Made by a program: the position numbers and the translations under genes | The notes under the pieces: model-generated | Told to the model about the DNA's origin: nothing | Seen by the model: the letters and a program-made list of their open reading frames with translations, nothing else | Database searches by the model: none | In this document: positions 1 to 7,545 of the stretch, one piece after another | Position numbering within the stretch: position 1 is the first letter of the stretch | Layout of the letters: each line of letters starts with the position of its first letter | Assembly: GCA_963718915.1 (NCBI GenBank) | Contig: CAVRAI010000003.1 | Location: forward strand, 330,001 to 362,000 | Direction of reading: 5' to 3' | Length of the DNA: 32,000 nucleotides | Origin: an uncultured Chloroflexia bacterium | GTDB lineage: Bacteria > Chloroflexota > Ktedonobacteria > Ktedonobacterales > JADMIN01

Positions 1-752
<752 letters not shown>

Positions 753-760
753 TCACAAAG

Positions 761-789
761 AGTATAGCATCGCTATTACACTAATGCAA
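761..789 (-). promoter_or_regulatory. Sigma70-type promoter for the pyrR leader
   Basis: Minus strand reads TTGCAT (comp. 784-789), a 17-nt spacer, then TATACT (comp. 761-766). The predicted TSS is about 3 nt before the PyrR-binding hairpin. Confidence 0.55.
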
Positions 790-853
790 AGAAGCGGTAC
801 CTATAAGCAGTGACTATACGAATATACACTTCGGTTGCTATTGTTATGTCTAC

Positions 854-882
854 TTGACGCGGTGAGTGAGGCTGGCTATAGT
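854..882 (+). promoter_or_regulatory. Sigma70-type promoter for the aroH-tyrA leader
   Basis: TTGACG (854-859), a 17-nt spacer, then TATAGT (877-882), in an AT-richer divergent intergenic region. Confidence 0.55.
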
Positions 883-888
883 GCTGGC

Positions 889-981
889 ATGATGAGATAT
901 CCCTCACAATATGCGGATAGCTATTACCGGCGGCCCTCTGGCACGGTGGATCGGGGTATTCCCGTGCGCGCGATGAGGTGA
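889..981 (+). CDS. Candidate 30-aa Tyr-rich leader peptide ([30 protein letters not shown]), possibly leaderless
   Basis: The ATG at 889 is 7 nt downstream of the -10 hexamer. Tyr codons start at 898, 910, 922 and 925. The ORF lies between the promoter and the intrinsic terminator, upstream of tyrosine-branch genes. There is no homology support. Confidence 0.35.
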   Translation: MMRYPSQYADSYYRRPSGTVDRGIPVRAMR

Positions 982-1017
982 TAGATCGCCGCAAGGTGTA
1001 ACCGCCAGCCAGAGGGT

Positions 1018-1047
1018 AAGCAGAAGCGAGAGTGCTTCTGCTTTTTT
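1018..1047 (+). terminator. Intrinsic terminator in the aroH leader
   Basis: Perfect 10-bp stem AAGCAGAAGC / GCUUCUGCUU with a 6-nt loop (GAGAGU), running into a U6 tract (1042-1047). Confidence 0.8.
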
Positions 1048-1117
1048 GTTGTCCTCTGCTTCCCTCTCTCCTGTGGGTGAGGGGGTGAGGGGGCGAGGTC
1101 AGGGGGAGTCAATACTG

Positions 1118-1957
1118 ATGGAAAGCTCATCGACCGTGCGCTGCCGGGGACTGCGCGGCGCGACCACCGCCGCCGATAACAGCGCCGAAGCGATTCTCGC
1201 CGCCACCCGCGAGCTACTCGAACGGCTGGTGGCGCGCAATGCCCTCGATGTCGCGGATATCGCCAGCGCGTTCTTCACCGTGACCGACGACCTCGACGCC
1301 GCCTATCCCGCCCTGGCCGCGCGCGAGCTGGGCTGGAACGAGGTGGCGCTGCTCTGCGCCCGCGAGATCCCCGTCCCCGGTAGCATCTCTCGCTGCATCC
1401 GCGTGCTGCTCCACATCAACACGACGAAGGGACAGGGCGACCTGCGCCACGTCTATCTGCGCGAGGCGGTGGCGCTGCGGCCTGGCTTCGCCGACACTGC
1501 CACCACCAGCTACTATGCCCGCCGTAGAGCGCGTCGCCATCATCGGTCTGGGGCTAATGGGCGCGTCGCTCGGCCTGGCGCTACGGGAGCGGGGAGAGGC
1601 GCGGCAGGTAGTGGGATTCGACGTCGATCCTGGCGTGACAGCGCGCGCCCGCGAACGCGGAGCGATCGACGTTGCCTGCTCATCGGTCGCGGAGGCGGTG
1701 ACTGGCAGCAATCTGGTAGTGCTGGCCACGCCGCTGCTGGCAATGCGCGATCTGCTGGCGGAGATGGCGCCACTGCTGGCCGAGACGACGATTGTCACCG
1801 ACCTTGGCAGCGTCAAGGCGGAGGTCGTCTCATGGGCGGAGTCGCTCGCTGCCCGCCCCCCGCCAGTTCGTTGGGGGACATCCGATGGCGGGCAGCGAGC
1901 AATCAGGCATCGAGGCAGCTACTGGCGCTCTATATCACGACTGCGTCTGGTGTCTGA
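1118..1957 (+). CDS. aroH: AroH-class chorismate mutase. The conserved domain ends near 1500, and the frame has no stop codon until 1957.
   Basis: [123 protein letters not shown] matches the AroH family pattern (IRGIRGATT ... CIRV ... RHVYL..A..LRP). RBS GGGGGAG lies 9 nt upstream of ATG 1118. The tail after about residue 130 is Arg/Gly-rich off-frame read-through of tyrA. Confidence 0.8.
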   Translation: MESSSTVRCRGLRGATTAADNSAEAILAATRELLERLVARNALDVADIASAFFTVTDDLDAAYPALAARELGWNEVALLCAREIPVPGSISRCIRVLLHINTTKGQGDLRHVYLREAVALRPGFADTATTSYYARRRARRHHRSGANGRVARPGATGAGRGAAGSGIRRRSWRDSARPRTRSDRRCLLIGRGGGDWQQSGSAGHAAAGNARSAGGDGATAGRDDDCHRPWQRQGGGRLMGGVARCPPPASSLGDIRWRAASNQASRQLLALYITTASGV

Positions 1958-2397
1958 CGCCCACCGATGACACATCCGTCGCCGCGCTCCACCGCGTCGC
2001 ACAAGTAGTAAAGGCAGTAGGCGGCCACCCGCGCATCATGCCGCCGGAGCAGCACGACCGGGCGGTCGCGCTGGCGAGCCACCTGCCACTACTGGCGGCA
2101 AGCGCCCTCACACTGACCGTCGCGCAGTCGCCGGATGCCACGGATGCCACGGACGCCCTTACGCTGGCGGCGGGTGGATTCCGCGATACGACGCGCATCG
2201 CCTCGGGCAGCCCGCGTATGGCACGCGACATCTGCCTGACCAACGGCGCCCCGCTTATCGCCTCACTGGACGCTTATATCACGACGCTGCAAGCGCTCCG
2301 ACAGCAGATCGCCGAGCAGAACCCAACGCTTGAAGGCACATTCACCACAGCCAAAGACGCGCGCGACCACTGGGTATCGGGCCAGTCAGAAATGTGA
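1515..2397 (+). pseudogene. tyrA: Prephenate dehydrogenase (TyrA) split by a +1 frame change (real frameshift or single-base assembly error)
   Basis: The N-terminal part in the frame of 1515 reads [17 protein letters not shown]...LVVLATP...[19 protein letters not shown]. The C-terminal part in the frame of 1792 reads [20 protein letters not shown]...PEQHDRAVALASHLPLL. The two halves overlap around a C6 run at 1856-1861. Deleting one C there would give ...[17 protein letters not shown]. Confidence 0.8.
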
Positions 2398-2407
2398 GAA
2401 AATGTTC

Positions 2408-2436
2408 TTGACAGGCGGTTTAGAGCGATGTATCTT
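2408..2436 (+). promoter_or_regulatory. Sigma70-type promoter upstream of the Lrp/AsnC gene
   Basis: TTGACA (2408-2413), a 17-nt spacer, then TATCTT (2431-2436). RBS GGAGGTGAGG precedes ATG 2460. Confidence 0.5.
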
Positions 2437-2459
2437 CTTCTCAGTGGAGGTGAGGCCGA

Positions 2460-2948
2460 ATGATTGACGATATTGATGGCAAAATACTGTCCATTCTTCA
2501 AAACGACGCGCGAACATCCAACGCCGAGATTGCGCGGCGGCTGGCCATGGCGCCCTCCGCGATTTTAGAGCGCATCCGCAAACTCGAGACGCGCGGCCTC
2601 ATCGAGGGCTACGAGGCGCGGCTGAATCCCAAGGCGCTCGAAGTGGGGCTGCTCGCCTTCATCTACGTCCGCGCCGAAGAGCGTATTGGCTCGCGCGAGA
2701 TCGGCGACGAGCTGGCAGCGTTTCCCGAGGTGCAGGAAGTGCATCACATCGCCGGAGAAGACTGTTATCTCTTAAAAGTGCGCGTTGCCGACACCAACGC
2801 ACTGAGCGACCTGCTCCGCCAGCGGCTTGGCCCCATAGACGCCATCCGCTCCACGCGCACCACCATCGTGCTCTCGACGATCAAAGAGACAGCGCAGATC
2901 CCGCTGCCATCATCACTGCAGAAAGAAGACCTTTCCGATGCTGGCTAG
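2460..2948 (+). CDS. Lrp/AsnC family transcriptional regulator
   Basis: MIDDIDGKILSILQNDARTSNAEIARRLAMAPSAILERIRKLETRGLIEGY... is an N-terminal wHTH followed by a C-terminal RAM/AsnC-type ligand domain (VQEVHHIAGEDCYLLKVRVADTNAL). Confidence 0.9.
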   Translation: MIDDIDGKILSILQNDARTSNAEIARRLAMAPSAILERIRKLETRGLIEGYEARLNPKALEVGLLAFIYVRAEERIGSREIGDELAAFPEVQEVHHIAGEDCYLLKVRVADTNALSDLLRQRLGPIDAIRSTRTTIVLSTIKETAQIPLPSSLQKEDLSDAG

Positions 2949-3912
2949 TCGCACAAGTCCCCGCACACAGATCATTCTCGCGTTCACCTCCGTCTATATC
3001 ATCTGGGGTTCCACCTATCTCGCCATTCGCTTCGCTGTCGCGACGATGCCGCCGTTTCTGATGGCGGGTGTGCGCTTCCTGATTGCGGGCGCGATCCTCT
3101 ATCTCTGGATGCGCTTGCGCGGGGGCGAGCGGCCCAAACTGGTCCACTGGCGTTCCGCGTTGATCGTCGGCGGGCTGTTGCTACTGGGAGGCAATGGCAT
3201 CGTCTCATGGGCAGAGCAGCAGGTGCCTTCGGGGCTGGCGGCGCTGCTGATTGCGGCGGTTCCACTCTGGATGGCGCTCTTCGACTGGCTGCGGCCTGGC
3301 GGCGTGCGTCCAACCGGTCTGACGGTGGTCGGACTGGTGATTGGCTTCGCGGGCGTCATCCTGCTGGCCAGTCAGGCCGAATCATCGGGCGCCGGTCCGC
3401 ACCTTATTGGCATCCTGGCATTGCTGGTGGCGGCCATAAGCTGGGCGATTGGCTCGCTCTACGCCCGGAGCGCGCCCTTCCCCGGAACGCAACTGCTGGG
3501 CACCGGGATGGAGATGCTGGCCGGTGGCGCACTGCTGATCGTGATCGCCACCGCGACCGGCGAGTGGAGCCAGGTCCACCTCGAAGCCATCTCGCTCAAG
3601 TCGGCGCTCGCTCTCGCCTTTCTGATCATCTTCGGCTCGCTGATCGCGTTCTCGGCGTATGTCTGGCTGCTGCATCATGTCTCGGCGGCGCGCGTCTCAA
3701 CCTACGCCTATGTCAACCCGGTCGTGGCGGTCTTCCTTGGCTGGGCATTCGCCAGCGAGGCGGTTACCTGGGTCACGATAGCTTCCGCCGCGATCATCGT
3801 CTCCGCCGTCGCGCTGATCACTGTCGCAAGGACGCGGAGCGCGAAGCCACAGGTCGTGGCGGTCGCGGAGAACGATTCCCCGACGCCACAGGAGGCGATA
3901 GTGCGACGGTAG
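2938..3912 (+). CDS. EamA/DMT-superfamily transporter (drug/metabolite exporter)
   Basis: A protein of about 10 TM segments with two EamA-like halves (FTSVYIIWGSTYLAIRFAV...; ...IFGSLIAFSAYVWLLHHVSAARVSTYAYVNPVVAVFLGW). Its start overlaps the Lrp stop by 11 nt. Confidence 0.85.
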   Translation: MLASRTSPRTQIILAFTSVYIIWGSTYLAIRFAVATMPPFLMAGVRFLIAGAILYLWMRLRGGERPKLVHWRSALIVGGLLLLGGNGIVSWAEQQVPSGLAALLIAAVPLWMALFDWLRPGGVRPTGLTVVGLVIGFAGVILLASQAESSGAGPHLIGILALLVAAISWAIGSLYARSAPFPGTQLLGTGMEMLAGGALLIVIATATGEWSQVHLEAISLKSALALAFLIIFGSLIAFSAYVWLLHHVSAARVSTYAYVNPVVAVFLGWAFASEAVTWVTIASAAIIVSAVALITVARTRSAKPQVVAVAENDSPTPQEAIVRR

Positions 3913-4060
3913 ACGTTCGTGGTAATCCAGCGTCGCGGCATGAATGAGGTTTTCACTATTTATTCCGAACACCGTACGTCGTGGCGGGCGAGGCAGGCCG
4001 TGGCATAAACGCTACGGCGAATTTTCCTCTCTCACGCCCTGGCCCATTCGCCGGAGGAGC

Positions 4061-4242
4061 GCGGGCGGTTAGAAACCGCGCCTGAGAGGCCTCGCGTGCT
4101 GCGCACGCTCCGCCACAAAACCCGCCGTCGCGGGTTCCTCCCGACTCGACCAGCGTAGTTAGGATTGGGGGCGAGATCTGGGCAGTCCGCGCAGGCGGAC
4201 TTCGTGGCCGCAGGCCCTTCAGGCGCGGTTTTAACCGCCCGC
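4061..4242. repeat. 182-bp inverted-repeat element packed with GC-rich hairpins (REP/MITE-like or structured RNA)
   Basis: Arm 4061-4092 pairs with arm 4212-4242 at 29 positions (one 1-nt bulge, two adjacent mismatches). Internal 6-bp hairpins: GCGTGC-tgc-GCACGC (4094-4108), ACCCGC-cgtc-GCGGGT (4120-4135), GTCCGC-gcag-GCGGAC (4185-4200). Confidence 0.6.
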
Positions 4243-4366
4243 TATGACATAGCCGCGCTATTGCGCATGCCCGCCGCGCCCTCATGTTGCCTCAGATGGC
4301 CTCGTAATCGTGCTATACTTCCCAGAGAGAAGCTATGGGGTAATCACTGGCTTCCGGGAGGCGCAT

Positions 4367-5257
4367 ATGTATGGCGAGATCGCGGCGGCGCTGGCGCGTG
4401 GCGAGGCTGGCACGCTTCTGACGGTGGTAAAGATCTATGGCGCGGCCCCCTGTGCGCCGGGAACCAAGATGTTCGTCCGCGACGATGGCAGCGCGCTCGG
4501 CACATTTGGCGGACGGCAGACCGATGCCCGCGCACGCGCCGATGGACTCGAGGCGCTGGCCTCCGGGCAGACCACCCTACTGACCTACCATCTCGATCCT
4601 GAGGGCGGCGAGAGCGTCGGCAGTTGCGGCGCGACCCTGGAAATCTTTGTCGAGCCGATACGCCCGGAGCCACGGCTCATCATCGCCGGGTCCGGCTATG
4701 TGGCCCAGGCGCTGACACGGCTAACCACCGCTATCGGCTGGCGCGTCAGCCTGCTGGACGACCGCTCCGAATTCGTGCAGTCGGCAGCGCTGCCCGACAA
4801 TGTCACACTCACCGTTGGCGACATCCCCGAACTGCTGCCCACCCTCGCGCCCGACACGATGACGGCGCTGGTGATCGTCACGCGCGGCCACAAGGTTGAC
4901 CAGGACGCGCTCGAAGCGGCGCTCGGCACGGGGGCTGGCTACGTCGGTATGATCGGCAGCCCCGGCAAGGTGCGCACGATCTTCCGCAAGCTGCTGCGCA
5001 AAGGCATCGCGTCCGAGTCGCTGGCGCAGGTACACGCGCCGATTGGGCTGGACCTGGGCGCGCGGACACCTGACGAAATCGCGCTCAGCATCGCCGCCGA
5101 ACTGCTGGCATGGCGGCGCGGCGGCAGCGGCGAACCCCTCCGCGAGCATGCGGCCATCCTGGCGAAGGTGCAGACCGAATCAGAGAGCGAAGCCGAGACT
5201 GAGGTGGATACAGAGCCAGAAACTGAGCCAGAAACTGAGCCAGCCGTTCAGGGATAG
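4367..5257 (+). CDS. xdhC: XdhC/CoxI-family molybdoenzyme maturation (accessory) protein
   Basis: N-terminal XdhC_CoxI-like region (GEAGTLLTVVKIYGAAPCAPGTKMFVRDDGSALGTFGG) and a Rossmann-like C-terminal part (RLIIAGSGYVAQAL...VIVTRGHKVDQDAL...YVGMIGSPGKV...HAPIGLDLGARTPDEIALSIAAEL). RBS GGGAGG precedes ATG 4367; the ORF is open from 4310. It has an acidic TEPETEPETEP tail. Confidence 0.85.
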   Translation: MYGEIAAALARGEAGTLLTVVKIYGAAPCAPGTKMFVRDDGSALGTFGGRQTDARARADGLEALASGQTTLLTYHLDPEGGESVGSCGATLEIFVEPIRPEPRLIIAGSGYVAQALTRLTTAIGWRVSLLDDRSEFVQSAALPDNVTLTVGDIPELLPTLAPDTMTALVIVTRGHKVDQDALEAALGTGAGYVGMIGSPGKVRTIFRKLLRKGIASESLAQVHAPIGLDLGARTPDEIALSIAAELLAWRRGGSGEPLREHAAILAKVQTESESEAETEVDTEPETEPETEPAVQG

Positions 5258-5283
5258 GCAGCCACGAACCGAAGCATCTACGG

Positions 5284-7245
5284 CTACGGCGTTCGCGAGC
5301 GGGACGGGCGCTGGATCCAGACGGCAATCGTAAACATGAGTCCCAGTAGCGCCAGGATGGGCATAATCGCCCATGACGCCCATACCAGCACGCCAGAGCT
5401 ATCAATGCGAAGCGGGTACCAGCAGAAGAGCCAATTGAGCAACGCCAGCGCCACAATGCCACCAGGCAGCGCATACAGGGTAAGCCAGAGGCCCGCTTCT
5501 TTGTCGAGAATTGAAGGTATGCTAAAAGCCAGGACAATCAGGCCAAAGAGCGCGCCACAAATAAGTCCGCTTACCTCCCAGCCAAAGAAACCAACAGTGA
5601 GGCCGATAACTGCGCCAGCAAGCCCCACAAGCGCGCCTATCCCCAGCGTTGAGGCCAGGGACCCAAAGAAATACTTGGCGGCACGGCCATCGACTACCTG
5701 AGATATGATCATGATCACCTCACCAACGGCAATGAAGAGCAGCCCGTACGCCGCGCCGAAAAGCCCGCCAAATGCCCAGGGAGTATTCGTGGTCAGTTGC
5801 AATGTTCCCAGATACGGAAAGTCGTAGGCGCGGATTGCTGGCGCGGCGGGCAAGACGTTGGCAATGACAAACGTCACCGTGGTAGCAACGACGATTGCGC
5901 AAAGCGCCATGGCAGCCATGTCGAACGGGCTGGCGACACGACGATATCCCAGATAATAGCCCGCGACCGAGAAGAGGGCGACAAGCACGGCAATCACGAT
6001 GGCCGATTCTATCAGTTTTTCCAGGCCACTCGCGCTCACAACGTTTGACGCAATGGGACGCCCCGTCGCCACCAGGCCGCCGAGCACACCAATCGCGCTC
6101 AGCATAACAAGGATGTAGGGCAAAAGCGCTACTGGATACCGTGTTGAAAACTTCTCTTTGCTATAAACCGCCCGCGCCTCCTGTTTCTCGGTAGCCGCCT
6201 CCTGTTTCTCCCTTTCCGCTACTGCCGCTTCGTATGACTGCGGCACGCTCAGGTGAAGCTGCGAGGCGAGGTTCTCGGGGTCACCATAAAAAGGCGCTTC
6301 GGCCCATAAATCGCGCAACTTTTGGCGGGCGAGGTCAAGCTCGTGGCGTTTGACCCGATCACCTACGATGGCATACATATCCTCGTATTTCTGGTTATGT
6401 GTGGCCACGCCAAGCGCATCCTTCGCGCCACCATTTTTGGAATCCAGGACAAGAATTGCCTGCCAGTCGGTAATCTCGCGTCGCCATTCGCCGTTCTGTC
6501 TCGCCCGGCGAGCATCGGCGCGCAGGTCGTCAATGCGCATGTCCTGGAGCCTTTGCCGTAATTGCTTCAGGTCTCTGGCGACACGACCATTGAGATAGTC
6601 TGGACTCTCATCCACGATCTGCTGAAAGAATATCGCGGCCTGCTCAAGCTCTCCCCGCACATAGGCGGCATCTCCTTTATCGTAGAGTTCTTTGAGGCTC
6701 AGGGCGGGAGAAGGCGGCAGTGGTTGCGGCGGAACGAGTTCTGGCTCCGTCATCGCGGGCGCACCGGACGAACCGCCTGGGTGCGGCGCTTCAATCGGTC
6801 TTGATTGATGGGACAGGCTTGTCGAATCAATGGGCGTCACTGGCGGCGCCAAGCGCGCAAGGGTATTGACAAGGTTTCTCAGCGCATCATCATACGATCC
6901 CTGAAAATCCACCCATTGAATGTCATTTAAGTCGAATGGGACTTTCTCAACAGGCTTATAGAGCACAGGAATGACTACCAGACCCAGCGTATTGAGCGCA
7001 TAGCGATACTCAAGCTTGACGTTCCGCGAAGCGACGGCGTCGGGCGAGAGGATAACAACCACGACCTGACTGCGCTCAATCGCGCCCTGTATCGCATCTT
7101 GAAAATCCTGGCCGCCTTCGAGCTTTCGCCGATCAACCCACGTATCGAATCCACGCGCTTTCAGGCTCACGTCAAGTCTGTCGGCAAACGATGTGTCTTT
7201 ACGGGAATAGCTGATAAAGACGCGGATTCGTGTCTGCTCTCTCAC
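5284..7245 (-). CDS. TIR domain protein with a helical/TPR-like linker and a C-terminal polytopic membrane domain
   Basis: The N-terminus reads RIRVFISYSRKDTSFADRLDVSLKARGFDTWVDRRKLEGGQDF...VVVVILSPDAVASRNVKLEYRYAL, a TIR_2-type pattern that includes the conserved Glu position. The middle region is helical, e.g. LKELYDKGDAAYVRGELEQAAIFFQQIVDESPDY. The last ~300 aa contain roughly 8-9 hydrophobic segments. I place the start at GTG 7245 (GAGGG 7 nt upstream); the ORF is open to TTG 7326. Confidence 0.8.
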   Translation of the reverse strand: MREQTRIRVFISYSRKDTSFADRLDVSLKARGFDTWVDRRKLEGGQDFQDAIQGAIERSQVVVVILSPDAVASRNVKLEYRYALNTLGLVVIPVLYKPVEKVPFDLNDIQWVDFQGSYDDALRNLVNTLARLAPPVTPIDSTSLSHQSRPIEAPHPGGSSGAPAMTEPELVPPQPLPPSPALSLKELYDKGDAAYVRGELEQAAIFFQQIVDESPDYLNGRVARDLKQLRQRLQDMRIDDLRADARRARQNGEWRREITDWQAILVLDSKNGGAKDALGVATHNQKYEDMYAIVGDRVKRHELDLARQKLRDLWAEAPFYGDPENLASQLHLSVPQSYEAAVAEREKQEAATEKQEARAVYSKEKFSTRYPVALLPYILVMLSAIGVLGGLVATGRPIASNVVSASGLEKLIESAIVIAVLVALFSVAGYYLGYRRVASPFDMAAMALCAIVVATTVTFVIANVLPAAPAIRAYDFPYLGTLQLTTNTPWAFGGLFGAAYGLLFIAVGEVIMIISQVVDGRAAKYFFGSLASTLGIGALVGLAGAVIGLTVGFFGWEVSGLICGALFGLIVLAFSIPSILDKEAGLWLTLYALPGGIVALALLNWLFCWYPLRIDSSGVLVWASWAIMPILALLGLMFTIAVWIQRPSRSRTP

Positions 7246-7436
7246 GACTTTGCCCTCAATTGCATCTGTAACCAAATCGAACACGATGTAGCAGTGGACG
7301 GTAGTTTTGAAGTGTTTTCGACGCAAGAACTCCTCGATGAAGATACTGAACTAGCCGCTAGTCTAGCATGCAGCCAAACTTACGGCAAGCACGAGAAAGC
7401 TGGCTTCTCTGTGGGCGGCCAATGAAGACCCACCGA

Positions 7437-7471
7437 TTTTCACCCTTTTCACCCTTTTCACCCTTTTCGCC
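7437..7471. repeat. 9-bp tandem repeat TTTTCACCC x3 plus a degenerate fourth copy, in a divergent promoter region
   Basis: Perfect copies at 7437-7445, 7446-7454 and 7455-7463, then TTTTCGCC. It lies just upstream of the extended -10 promoter TGtTATACT (7494-7502) of the antiporter gene. Confidence 0.8.
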
Positions 7472-7545
7472 GATTTTCCGCTCCATAGAGCCATGTTATA
7501 CTGGTTTACATCATGTGTCCGGCGGCGTAGCTGAGGAGGGTTCGG

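Noticed and set aside
889-1047. T-box riboswitch (tyrosine specifier UAU/UAC at 922-927) upstream of aroH
   Set aside because: AAGGUGUAACCGCC (993-1006) resembles the T-box consensus AGGGUGGNACCGCG. However, the critical UGGN that pairs with the tRNA NCCA end is UGUA here. The leader is only ~160 nt, with no recognisable Stem I (K-turn, AG bulge, distal loop). The T-box-like segment also cannot pair with the 5' strand of the terminator to form an antiterminator.
3956-4285. 109-aa ORF on the minus strand filling the eamA-xdhC spacer
   Set aside because: Its composition is Arg/Pro/Ala-rich. It is built from the palindromic hairpin sequences themselves, and it has no RBS or homology signal.
3960-4310. 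Moco (molybdenum cofactor) riboswitch upstream of the xdhC-family gene
   Set aside because: The context is tempting and the region is highly structured. However, I cannot match it to the Moco motif from memory with any confidence. The best promoter candidate for xdhC (TGcTATACT, 4311-4319) also lies downstream of the structured region. An Infernal scan with RF01055 would settle it.
5213-5243. 12-bp tandem repeat GAGCCAGAAACT (about 2.5 copies) at the end of xdhC, encoding TEPETEPETEP
   Set aside because: It is a real repeat but a trivial acidic low-complexity tail, with no evidence of functional significance.
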